Source: an uncultured bacterium (lineage in GTDB: Bacteria > Omnitrophota > Omnitrophia > Omnitrophales > Aquincolibacteriaceae). Taken from it: a stretch of DNA of 63,030 bases. The stretch spans positions 1-63,030 of the forward strand of contig CAZSFZ010000012.1 in the NCBI GenBank assembly GCA_964606385.1. The letters are read 5' to 3'. Below are positions 10,189 to 21,262 of this stretch, piece by piece (within the stretch, counting starts at the first letter, position 1; every line of letters begins with the position of its first letter). Below the pieces are notes generated by a model. That model ran no database searches. It had not been told where the DNA came from and was given only the letters and a program-made list of their open reading frames with translations. The translations under genes and the position numbers were made by a program.

Positions 10189-11091
10189 ATGCCTTTGATC
10201 AGCGTCATCATCCCAACTTTTAATCGAGCCCATGTATTGCCGCAGGCGATCCGCTCCGTCCTCGCACAACAAGACGTGGACTTTGAACTCATCGTCGTCG
10301 ATGATGGGTCAACAGATGATACTCGGGAAACGGTTAACGTCGAACGGCAAACGGAAAATGACACCGCATCTTCGAAAGGACGTTCCCCGTTCCCCGTTCC
10401 CCGCTATTTTCGGCAAGAAAATAGAGGCCCCTCCGCCGCGCGGAATCTCGGGATCAAAGAATCGAAGGGCGAATGGATCGCGTTCCTCGATTCCGATGAT
10501 GAATGGATACCGGGAAAACTCGCGGCCCAGCTGGAATTCTTCCGCGCGAACCCGGACTACCTCATCTGCCAGACCGAAGAGATCTGGGTGCGGAACGGCA
10601 AGCGCGTGAACCCGATGAAAAAACACAAAAAATACGGGGGCCGGATCTTTGAAAAATGCCTGCCGCTTTGCGTCGTGAGCCCTTCGGCCGTTATGATGCA
10701 CCGGAAACTTTTCGACGAGGCGGGTTTATTCGATGAAGCACTCCCGGCCTGCGAGGATTATGACCTGTGGCTCCGGATCGCTTCGCGCTATCCGATCGGC
10801 CTGATCGAAAAACCCTACATCATCAAGTATGGCGGCCACGCGGACCAGCGCTCCCGCGAATTCCCCGCCATGGACCGCTTCCGCATTCAGTCGCTTGCCA
10901 AGATCCTCTCGCAGAACATTCTGACGCCGGAACAAGCTGCCGCGGCACGAAAAACACTTGAAGAAAAAGCGAAGATCTTTATCGAGGGCGCCCTCAAGCG
11001 CGGGAAAAAGAAAGAGGCGGACGAAATCGCTTCTCTCGTGGAACGGATAACGGTGAACGGTCCCAATACCAATCAATCGAAGCATCGCTGA
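10189..11091 (+). CDS. Glycosyltransferase family 2 with short in-frame repeat-derived insertion
   Basis: ISVIIPTFNR, VVDDGSTD, IAFLDSDD, EDYDLWLR. Confidence 0.92.
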   Translation: MPLISVIIPTFNRAHVLPQAIRSVLAQQDVDFELIVVDDGSTDDTRETVNVERQTENDTASSKGRSPFPVPRYFRQENRGPSAARNLGIKESKGEWIAFLDSDDEWIPGKLAAQLEFFRANPDYLICQTEEIWVRNGKRVNPMKKHKKYGGRIFEKCLPLCVVSPSAVMMHRKLFDEAGLFDEALPACEDYDLWLRIASRYPIGLIEKPYIIKYGGHADQRSREFPAMDRFRIQSLAKILSQNILTPEQAAAARKTLEEKAKIFIEGALKRGKKKEADEIASLVERITVNGPNTNQSKHR

Positions 11092-11213
11092 GATTGGGGC
11101 CGTCCAAATTACCATTTTGGAAAACACGCTAAAATTTGGACGGAGAACGATAAAAGTTTTTACCTGCCTACCGACGGGCAGGCGTTCAACGTTCCCCGTT
11201 TCCCGTTTGCCGA
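11041..11213. repeat. GAACGG/CCGTT-type heptamer repeats overlapping the GT2 3' end and the convergent intergenic gap
   Basis: GAACGGATAACGGTGAACGG ... CGTTCAACGTTCCCCGTTTCCCGTTT. Confidence 0.55.
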
Positions 11214-11215
11214 TT

Positions 11216-12256
11216 TTAGACTTTATTGAAAATCCAACCCAGCAACACCACCTGCGGCAGACTGATCGCGAGCATCCAGAGCGCGGTCTTGGGCCCCAGG
11301 TTCTTCCACACCAGGCCGATCTCGGTCACATCCGTCACCACCCCTCCCATCAGGAATGCGAAGGCGTTCCCGAAAGCACCCGTCTCGCGATAGATCGTGA
11401 AAGCAAGCGGCGAAGTACCTTCCGAACAGACCTCAAGAACCGTCGCAAGCGCCAGTGTGACAAGAAGCCCAAGCAGGGTCGGCCCGAAATAGTGATGGAA
11501 AATATGCTGCGGGACGAATGTCGAGACGAGGCCTCCCAGCAAAATACCGATCAGGATCCAGGGCAACACCATCACGGCGAGGTCCGTCGCCCCGCCCGTG
11601 ACCCCGCGGAACGCCTTCCAGAAATTCTGGTGGGTGAATTCGTGTTCCCGAAAACGCCGGAGGATATCCCTCCAGATCGAGAACCCCTCCTCGACCTCGA
11701 CTGAGTGACGGTTCCGTTCGATCCACCCCGCCCGATCCAGATACTGCATAAGCAATCCCGTGATCAACGCGATCGCAATCGCGCCGAAAACGATCAGAAA
11801 GGCCTTCGCGCCGAAGAAGCCGAAAAGGAGGATCGTAATGGGAAGGTTGGCCCAGGGGCTCGCCAGAAGAAAACTCACGACCGCGGGGCCCGAAGCACCT
11901 TTCTTGTGGATCTCCATCGAGATCGCGAGGATCCCGTGGCAGCAGGCGCTCATCAGGAACCCAAGGCCGACGGAATAAAAGATCGTCCGTTTCTTCGGGA
12001 TCGACAGATGCTTGGAGATATACTCCCGCGGCACATAATGATCGATCAACCCCCCGATCAAGAAGCCGGCAAGCACCGGCCAAAACATCACGCGGGCGTA
12101 ATCTCCCAACGTCTGGCGGAACGCCTCCATCGCCGGAAAAACAAACGAGGCGCCGACGAGCGCGAGCGTCAGAATGGTGACGAGAAAAAGCCCGGAAACA
12201 TACCAGGTTTTTTTCTTCTCATTCTCCCCGCAGCAACGGCAACTTTCTCCGCTCAT
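11216..12256 (-). CDS. DUF318/ArsP-family predicted metal(loid) permease
   Basis: Two repeats with MSACCHGILAI and LEVCSEGTSP; FLLASPW; multi-TM. Confidence 0.85.
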   Translation of the reverse strand: MSGESCRCCGENEKKKTWYVSGLFLVTILTLALVGASFVFPAMEAFRQTLGDYARVMFWPVLAGFLIGGLIDHYVPREYISKHLSIPKKRTIFYSVGLGFLMSACCHGILAISMEIHKKGASGPAVVSFLLASPWANLPITILLFGFFGAKAFLIVFGAIAIALITGLLMQYLDRAGWIERNRHSVEVEEGFSIWRDILRRFREHEFTHQNFWKAFRGVTGGATDLAVMVLPWILIGILLGGLVSTFVPQHIFHHYFGPTLLGLLVTLALATVLEVCSEGTSPLAFTIYRETGAFGNAFAFLMGGVVTDVTEIGLVWKNLGPKTALWMLAISLPQVVLLGWIFNKV

Positions 12257-12612
12257 CAGAGCTCCGCCTGTTCCATGTCCCTTTGCATCTCCTGCGACCT
12301 TGAATCGATAGGAACCACCGTTCCGGGCTTGGCGGCTGGCACTTTCGTTCTTTCTTCCGTGTCCATTTTGGCTATGTAGCTCATCGGGTCCGCCAAAAAC
12401 GCTTTTTCACATCCGGGGCAGCAAAGGCCATAGCGTTTGCCTTCATAAACCACAAAATGTTCTCCATCGACAGGCTCGCCCATCACCGGGCATATTTTAT
12501 TGCCCACGTCCACGATCCCGATCCCGGCCTCCTCATCGGCAGCATACCCCTGCGGCAGCACCCCCGGCATCGCGAACATGGCAAGCAACATCCATACGAT
12601 CATTTTCTTCAT
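12256..12612 (-). CDS. Exported YHS-domain protein
   Basis: Signal peptide; NKICPVMGEPV...YEGKRYGLCCPGCEKAF. Confidence 0.85.
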   Translation of the reverse strand: MKKMIVWMLLAMFAMPGVLPQGYAADEEAGIGIVDVGNKICPVMGEPVDGEHFVVYEGKRYGLCCPGCEKAFLADPMSYIAKMDTEERTKVPAAKPGTVVPIDSRSQEMQRDMEQAEL

Positions 12613-12643
12613 AACACTTCCCCCTCTTGAAATTTGAAAAACA

Positions 12644-12670
12644 GCGGACGGGGGAGGCTCCCCCGCCCGC
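12644..12670 (-). terminator. Intrinsic terminator between the Cys-rich peptide gene and the YHS gene
   Basis: GC-rich hairpin GCGGGCGGGGGAG-CC-TCCCCCGTCCGC followed by a T run on the minus strand. Confidence 0.65.
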
Positions 12671-12678
12671 TCATTTAT

Positions 12679-12828
12679 TTACTTCTTTTGACACTCACAA
12701 GGCGGGTTGCACTTGCAAGGGTCACAGTTGCAGTCTTTCATAGAGCACTGCTTACCCGCAAAAGAGACGCCCGCAAAAGCTCCCGTCATTATGGCCATCG
12801 CCAGTAAGGCTGTTATAAGTTTCTTCAT
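12679..12828 (-). CDS. 49-aa secreted metallothionein-like peptide (not in ORF track)
   Basis: MKKLITALLAMAIMTGAFAGVSFA-GKQCSMKDCNCDPCKCNPPCECQKK*, with AAGGAAG upstream of the ATG; 7 Cys, three CxC. Confidence 0.8.
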   Translation of the reverse strand: MKKLITALLAMAIMTGAFAGVSFAGKQCSMKDCNCDPCKCNPPCECQKK

Positions 12829-12870
12829 GGGACTCACTTCCTTTCGTTAAAATTTAAAAAGCGCTTCGGC

Positions 12871-13296
12871 TCAAAAAGGGACTGCGGCCGGAGGCGCCCG
12901 AAAGGAAAAAGTAATATTAAGAACGTACCGTTTAAAAAATCCTGGGGAGGGTCCGAAAAGCTGTTCGTGCGAGAAAAACGGCCGGGGAACCTCCGGATAA
13001 AAACTATTTAAAAATCCCTCTTCGATCGTTACAGGCCGGGTACGGGAAGGGTTGACCGGCGAGAATTCCTTGGAAAGCACGGCCGCTTTTTCGATCCGGC
13101 ACTTTCCGCAGCATTCTTTTCGGGAAGGATCTTCGCCCTTCGCATGAGAAGCCGCGGAGTGACACCGGAGGGTTTCTGCCTGGATCGCCTTGGGAACGGA
13201 GCCGCAATCGGCGTCCACGCATTGGCAGCCCAGCGCGCCCGGAAAAGCGCTGAAAACGCACACGGCCATGAACAGCGACAACGATTTCTTCTTCAT
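12871..13296 (-). CDS. DUF2946/CruR-like Cys-containing exported protein with C-terminal RAPP motif
   Basis: Signal peptide, CQC..C, CH, CCGKC, ends FSFRAPPAAVPF. Confidence 0.7.
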   Translation of the reverse strand: MKKKSLSLFMAVCVFSAFPGALGCQCVDADCGSVPKAIQAETLRCHSAASHAKGEDPSRKECCGKCRIEKAAVLSKEFSPVNPSRTRPVTIEEGFLNSFYPEVPRPFFSHEQLFGPSPGFFKRYVLNITFSFRAPPAAVPF

Positions 13297-13571
13297 TTCC
13301 GCGTTCCTTTAAAGAGCTGGTAGATCTCGTCCAGTTTGGCCTGCTGGTCTTTTTTGGACTTCCCTTCGAAGGCATGCCGGACGCAGGCGCCCAGATGGTC
13401 CTTCAGGATCCCCGCTTCCACATTTTTCAAAGCCCCGATCACGGCTTCCGCGGCATTGAGGATATCCATGCAATAACGACCTTCCTCGATCATCCTCCGG
13501 AGGCCCCGGACCTGCCCCTCGATCCGCTTGAGCGACACCAGCTTGTCCGTTTGATCCGTCCCTTTCTTCAT
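13293..13571 (-). CDS. csoR: CsoR/RcnR-family metal-sensing repressor
   Basis: LKRIEGQVRGLRRMIEEGRYCMDIL...KDHLGACV (Cys-His-Cys ligand set). Confidence 0.92.
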   Translation of the reverse strand: MKKGTDQTDKLVSLKRIEGQVRGLRRMIEEGRYCMDILNAAEAVIGALKNVEAGILKDHLGACVRHAFEGKSKKDQQAKLDEIYQLFKGTRK

Positions 13572-13603
13572 CTCGATCCTCCCTCTTCCTGTCCCAATAG
13601 TAT

Positions 13604-13622
13604 CATACCCCTGGGGGGTATG
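13604..13622. promoter_or_regulatory. CsoR-type operator
   Basis: CATACCCC-T-GGGGGGTATG (TAC-C/G tract-GTA) about 30 bp upstream of csoR. Confidence 0.8.
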
Positions 13623-13633
13623 TCAACGCTTCG

Positions 13634-13726
13634 CCGGGGAACGGTCCTCGGCAAACGGGGAACGCGAAAGTTTTCTTCGTTGCCCGTTGCCCGTTCCCCG
13701 CGCCTTTTGAGTTCCCCTTTCCCCGG
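13634..13726. repeat. Pseudo-palindromic heptamer-repeat element
   Basis: GGGAACG/GCAAACG/GGGAACG left; CGTTGCC/CGTTGCC/CGTTCCC right. Confidence 0.7.
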
Positions 13727-13748
13727 TTTTTGAATAGAATGCCGTCTT

Positions 13749-14414
13749 ATGAATTTACTCGCTATTGAAACCTCCGGTCCCTTCTTGAGCGTCGCCATTA
13801 AAAAAAGCGGGGCCAGGCTCCGTCATGCCGCGGTCCAGGGGCACATGAAACATGCCGAGAGTCTCCTTCCCGTGATCGACCGCCTTCTCAAGAAGGAAAG
13901 GCTCAAGATCCAGGATATCGACGCCTATCTGATCAGCCGCGGACCCGGGTCCTTCACGGGGCTCCGCATCGGATTCGCGACCCTGAAAGGGTTCCTCGCC
14001 ACACGGCCCAAACCCTGCTATGGCGCTCTCTCGCTGGACGTGATCGCGGCCGGGATCAAGGCGCCCGAGCCCTCAAATCTCACGGTGTGCGTGGACGCAA
14101 GACGTGGTAAACTTTACACTCGTTCGTACCGTTATCTTAGAAAGAAGTGGGTTCCGTGCGGTCCGTGCCGGGTCGTACCGATCAGCGAAGTGGCGGCGAT
14201 CGCCAAGGGCTCATGGATCGTCGGCGATGGGCTGGCGAAGATCGGCAGCGCGGCTCCGGGATCCCAAGATCATGGGATCCCAAAAGCTTCGACTTTGATC
14301 GAGTTATTCGAGGCCAAGGACCCGATCCTGAAAGCATTAAAACGGCCGAAAGACCTTTTGCCGGTTTATTTGCGCCGTTCCGAACCGGAAGAAAAGTTGG
14401 CGGAGAGAAAATAA
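13749..14414 (+). CDS. tsaB: tRNA t6A biosynthesis protein TsaB
   Basis: LLAIETS, GPGSFTGLRIG, VDARRG, P.YLR. Confidence 0.92.
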   Translation: MNLLAIETSGPFLSVAIKKSGARLRHAAVQGHMKHAESLLPVIDRLLKKERLKIQDIDAYLISRGPGSFTGLRIGFATLKGFLATRPKPCYGALSLDVIAAGIKAPEPSNLTVCVDARRGKLYTRSYRYLRKKWVPCGPCRVVPISEVAAIAKGSWIVGDGLAKIGSAAPGSQDHGIPKASTLIELFEAKDPILKALKRPKDLLPVYLRRSEPEEKLAERK

Positions 14415-14416
14415 TT

Positions 14417-15547
14417 ATGTCCGAATTGGTTCAAGGAATCAGCCGGGCGCAGCATAGCGCGTGGATCGAACTCCGCAAAGACGCTCTTCTCAAGAACCTT
14501 CACGCGCTCCAACGGCATTCCGGGCAAACCGATGTCCTTGCCGTGATCAAAGCGAACGCCTACGGCCACGGCCTCCGGGAGATCGCAAGCGTCCTCGCGG
14601 GACATGTCACTTATTTCGGCGTCGCTACTTTGCGGGAGGCCCTGGAGCTTAAAGAGCACCACCCTCAAACTCCCGTCTTCCTTTTTGGCCATTTGTTTTC
14701 GCATGAACTTTCCGCGGCGCTCCTCGGCGGCATCACACTCAGTGTTTCCAGCCTTGAAAAGGCCCGTGAGATCTCGGAACTTTCGGAAAACCTGGGCCGG
14801 AAAACCCCCGTGCATGTCAAGATCGATACGGGCATGGGCCGCATGGGAATCCCCGCCCGGGAAGCTGCCGTTTGTATAGAGGAAATGACCCGGATGAAGG
14901 GCCTTCTTTTGGACGGCATTTACATGCATTTCCCCGCCGCGGAAAAGGATGATGCCTTCCGCGAAACACAGGTCCGGAAGTTCGGGATCCTCCTGCAGAC
15001 GCTCGAGGAAAAGAATATCGTCTTCCGCTACCGCCACGCCACGAACAGCGCGGCGACGCTCACGATGAAAGCGCCTTTTTTCAATATGATCCGCCCGGGC
15101 CTTTCACTCTACGGCATTTATCCGGACGCCGGGCTGAAAAACGCCGCCTCGCTCGCGCCGGTGCTTTCGGTCAAAAGCAGGATCGTGCTGACCAAGCGGG
15201 TTCACGCGGGAGAATCCGTCGGCTACGGCCGTGAATTTGTTGCCCAAAAGGACACCACGGTCGCCATCCTTCCTTTTGGTTACAGCCAGGGTTATCCCTA
15301 TGCCGCATGGAAAAAAGCTTCCGCGGTCTTTAAAGGCCGGCGCTATCCCCTCGCGGGCAAAGTTTCCATGGACTACATCGCGATCGACCTTGGCGACGCA
15401 ACCGCCAACGAGGGCGAGACGGTCACCTTGATCGGCGAAGATCAAAATGAGCGCGTGACGGCCGAGGACATCGCTGGATGGGCGAACACCATCCCGTATG
15501 AGATCGTGACGCGGCTGAATACCCACTTGCCGAGAATTGTTACCTAA
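14417..15547 (+). CDS. alr: Alanine racemase
   Basis: AVIKANAYGHG, VKIDTGMGRMG, RPGLSLYG, GKVSMD, TIPYEIVT. Confidence 0.96.
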   Translation: MSELVQGISRAQHSAWIELRKDALLKNLHALQRHSGQTDVLAVIKANAYGHGLREIASVLAGHVTYFGVATLREALELKEHHPQTPVFLFGHLFSHELSAALLGGITLSVSSLEKAREISELSENLGRKTPVHVKIDTGMGRMGIPAREAAVCIEEMTRMKGLLLDGIYMHFPAAEKDDAFRETQVRKFGILLQTLEEKNIVFRYRHATNSAATLTMKAPFFNMIRPGLSLYGIYPDAGLKNAASLAPVLSVKSRIVLTKRVHAGESVGYGREFVAQKDTTVAILPFGYSQGYPYAAWKKASAVFKGRRYPLAGKVSMDYIAIDLGDATANEGETVTLIGEDQNERVTAEDIAGWANTIPYEIVTRLNTHLPRIVT

Positions 15548-15675
15548 AAATTCGAAGTTCGAATTTCGAAGCACGAAACAAATTCGAATATTTCAATTAC
15601 ATAAAACAAAAGCGTTTTGGAATTTTGAATTTTAGAAATTCTAGTTTGTTTCGGATTTCGGGTTTCGGATTTGGA
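15548..15675. repeat. Pseudo-palindromic heptamer-repeat element (CGAA/TTCG type)
   Basis: TTCGAAGTTCGAATTTCGAAGCACGAAACAAAT ... TTTGTTTCGGATTTCGGGTTTCGGATTT. Confidence 0.8.
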
Positions 15676-15685
15676 GCTTTTCACC

Positions 15686-16240
15686 ATGATTCCCTTTGAA
15701 ATACGCCACATTCCGGAAGTCACCTCGACCAATACGGTCGTCCTTGAGGAAGCCGCTGAGGGCGCCGCCGAAGGCTTGGTCCTTTTGACCGATCATCAGA
15801 CGGGCGGACGCGGAAAACCCGGCAATATCTGGGTCTCGCCCCCCGGCAAGAACCTGCTCTTTTCAGTGCTCCTCAGGCCCGCCCTACGGCCGGACCAGAT
15901 CCCGCTCCTGACCCAGATCGCCTGCAGGGCGGTAGCCAAAGTCCTTGGGGAACGCTATGATATTGCCACCCGGTTCAAACGGCCCAATGATGTGATGCTG
16001 GGGCCCAAGAAGATCTGCGGGACGCTTGTCGAAGCGATCTCGACAGCCTCCAGGGTCGAGGCCGCCGTGATCGGCATAGGTTTGAACGTGAATACAGAGC
16101 CTGCGGAGCTCCCTGAGGTGGGTATTTCCATGAAAATGTTCACCGGAAAGGCCTATGACCTCCGTGAAATCCTCGAATATGTCCTGGAAGAGCTAAGTGC
16201 CCGTATCACAGAGCTTTACGACACAGGAACTTTAAAGTAA
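15686..16240 (+). CDS. birA: Biotin-[acetyl-CoA-carboxylase] ligase, no HTH domain
   Basis: STN, QTGGRGK, FKRPNDV, KICGTL, IGIGLNVN. Confidence 0.9.
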   Translation: MIPFEIRHIPEVTSTNTVVLEEAAEGAAEGLVLLTDHQTGGRGKPGNIWVSPPGKNLLFSVLLRPALRPDQIPLLTQIACRAVAKVLGERYDIATRFKRPNDVMLGPKKICGTLVEAISTASRVEAAVIGIGLNVNTEPAELPEVGISMKMFTGKAYDLREILEYVLEELSARITELYDTGTLK

Positions 16241-16352
16241 TATTATCATTACCCATTTTTTATCAGTTTAATAGCATAAAGTGGGATAAAAATCATTATT
16301 TTTGCCATATTTTAGTTCATTATCCCAAATATGAATATAAGGTCATTTAAGC

Positions 16353-17111
16353 ATGATTAAGAGGATTTTAGCTGTCGATATTGGTAATACAGCGGCCACA
16401 GTAGGCTTCTATGAGGCAGGACGCCTATTGGACTTTTGCTCACTCTATTACAATGATATCCCAAAATATGTTAAAAAATTGATTGCTGGTGGGAAGAAAG
16501 GACGAATCGATATCATTATAAGCTCCGTAATCCCTAAAACGACTGATTTTTTGAAGTGTAAATTACAAAACAATAATGGGTTAAAAATATGGGGCGTAGG
16601 GGGTAACATGCCTCTTAAAATACGCCATAAATATAGCAATTACAAAGGCTTAGGCATTGACCGGAAGGTCAATATTTATGGAGCAACCCGCATGTACCGC
16701 CTCCCGCTGCTCGTCATCGACTATGGAACGGCTATTACTTTTGACTATATCGATTCCAAGGGCGTCTTCCAAGGGGGAATGATCATCCCTGGTCCGGAAA
16801 CCGCCTATAGAGCGCTTGGTGAGCGGGCGGCCCTCCTTCCCAAGGGCCTGGGGCTCCCCAGAAAGGCGAAATCCTTCCTCGGACGGAGCGCCCGGGCGTG
16901 CATGGAATCGGGCATTCTCGAGGGGTACGGGGCCATGACGGATGGGCTCATCCAGCGGTTCCGGGCGCGCTACGGAAAGAAACTCCGCGTCCTCGCCACG
17001 GGGGGCTACGCCGGGGTCATCCTCCCCTACACCAAGCTAATTGATACCGTAGATCCCAAGCACTCCATTAAGTCCTTGCTGGCTCTTTGGCGCGAGCAGG
17101 CGCCCCGCTGA
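16353..17111 (+). CDS. coaX: Type III pantothenate kinase
   Basis: LAVDIGNT, SSVIP, LGIDR, VIDYGTAITFD, GGMIIPG, ATGG. Confidence 0.93.
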   Translation: MIKRILAVDIGNTAATVGFYEAGRLLDFCSLYYNDIPKYVKKLIAGGKKGRIDIIISSVIPKTTDFLKCKLQNNNGLKIWGVGGNMPLKIRHKYSNYKGLGIDRKVNIYGATRMYRLPLLVIDYGTAITFDYIDSKGVFQGGMIIPGPETAYRALGERAALLPKGLGLPRKAKSFLGRSARACMESGILEGYGAMTDGLIQRFRARYGKKLRVLATGGYAGVILPYTKLIDTVDPKHSIKSLLALWREQAPR

Positions 17112-17149
17112 TCTTCCACCCTGGTCTGGAAGCCTCTCAAAAAATTTCC

Positions 17150-17177
17150 TTGATTTTCCGCGGCTGCTGAATACAAT
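17150..17177 (+). promoter_or_regulatory. Sigma70-type promoter of the groE operon
   Basis: TTGATT-16 nt-TACAAT immediately upstream of the CIRCE. Confidence 0.65.
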
Positions 17178-17186
17178 ATCGCCTCG

Positions 17187-17213
17187 CTAGCACTCGAAAG
17201 TTTTGAGTGCCAG
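17187..17213 (+). promoter_or_regulatory. CIRCE element (HrcA operator)
   Basis: CTAGCACTC-N9-GAGTGCCAG versus consensus TTAGCACTC-N9-GAGTGCTAA. Confidence 0.88.
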
Positions 17214-17319
17214 ACCTTCGAAGTAACCCGAATTATCAATCAAAAGGTCATTTCAAGCGGTGTCCGCCTCCGGATCCCTGAAGGGTCCCGGAAGAGGTTA
17301 TTCGCTCCGCGCGAGATGA

Positions 17320-19014
<1,695 letters not shown>

Positions 19015-19024
19015 TCAACCGGAA

Positions 19025-19059
19025 TCAACCCCGGAGGTTGAAAACAACCTCCGGGGTTG
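19025..19059. repeat. Inverted pair of REP-like palindromes
   Basis: TCAACCCCGGAGGTTGA then CAACCTCCGGGGTTG. Confidence 0.8.
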
Positions 19060-19103
19060 GCTCGGGAAATCATGAAAATATAACTTAAAAAGGAGACATC
19101 AAC

Positions 19104-19397
19104 ATGAAAGTCAGACCGTTAGCAGACAGAGTGCTCGTGGAAGTGCTGGAAGCGGAAGCGAAGACCAAGGGCGGCATCATCCTCCCGGACACCGCGAAAG
19201 AAGAAAAGACCGAAGGTAAGGTCGTCGCGGTCGGCGCCGGCAAAATGCTCGAATCCGGCAAGGTCCAGGCGATCGAAGTGAAGAAGGGCGACCGTGTGCT
19301 CTTCGGTAAATATTCCGGCGATGACCTCGTGATCGACGGCGTCAAGCACAAGATCGTCAAAGAGAGCGAAATCCTGGCGGTGTACGAAGAGAAATAA
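19104..19397 (+). CDS. groS: Co-chaperonin GroES
   Basis: PLADRVLV, GGIILPDTAKE, KKGDRVLFGKYSG. Confidence 0.98.
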   Translation: MKVRPLADRVLVEVLEAEAKTKGGIILPDTAKEEKTEGKVVAVGAGKMLESGKVQAIEVKKGDRVLFGKYSGDDLVIDGVKHKIVKESEILAVYEEK

Positions 19398-19495
19398 AAC
19401 CCGAAATCCGAATATCGAAACTCGAAACAGTTTTTAAAATTCGAATTTAATAATTTCGGATTTGTTTCGGATTTCGAATTTCGTGCTTCGGATTT
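19398..19495. repeat. Pseudo-palindromic heptamer-repeat element (CGAA/TTCG type)
   Basis: CCCGAAATCCGAATATCGAAACTCGAAAC ... TTTGTTTCGGATTTCGAATTTCGTGCTTCGGATTT. Confidence 0.8.
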
Positions 19496-19516
19496 TAAAG
19501 ATAAAGGAGTTCTAAA

Positions 19517-21145
<1,629 letters not shown>

Positions 21146-21153
21146 AAAGCTGC

Positions 21154-21194
21154 TCAACCTCCGGGGTTGCGTGATTTCCAACCCCGGAGGTTGA
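21154..21194. repeat. Inverted pair of REP-like palindromes
   Basis: TCAACCTCCGGGGTTG ... CAACCCCGGAGGTTGA. Confidence 0.8.
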
Positions 21195-21204
21195 AACGGT
21201 TAAC

Positions 21205-21243
21205 AAAAAAAGCCGGCCTCCCGCAAGGGAAGCCGGCTTTTTA
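21205..21243. terminator. Bidirectional intrinsic terminator
   Basis: AAAAAAAGCCGGC-CTCCCGCAAGGGAA-GCCGGCTTTTT between convergent genes. Confidence 0.85.
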
Positions 21244-21262
21244 GTTTTGTTTTATAAAAGGA

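Noticed and set aside
17255-17300. RNA thermometer in the groEL leader
   Set aside because: The hairpin lies well upstream of the RBS and has no fourU/ROSE signature.
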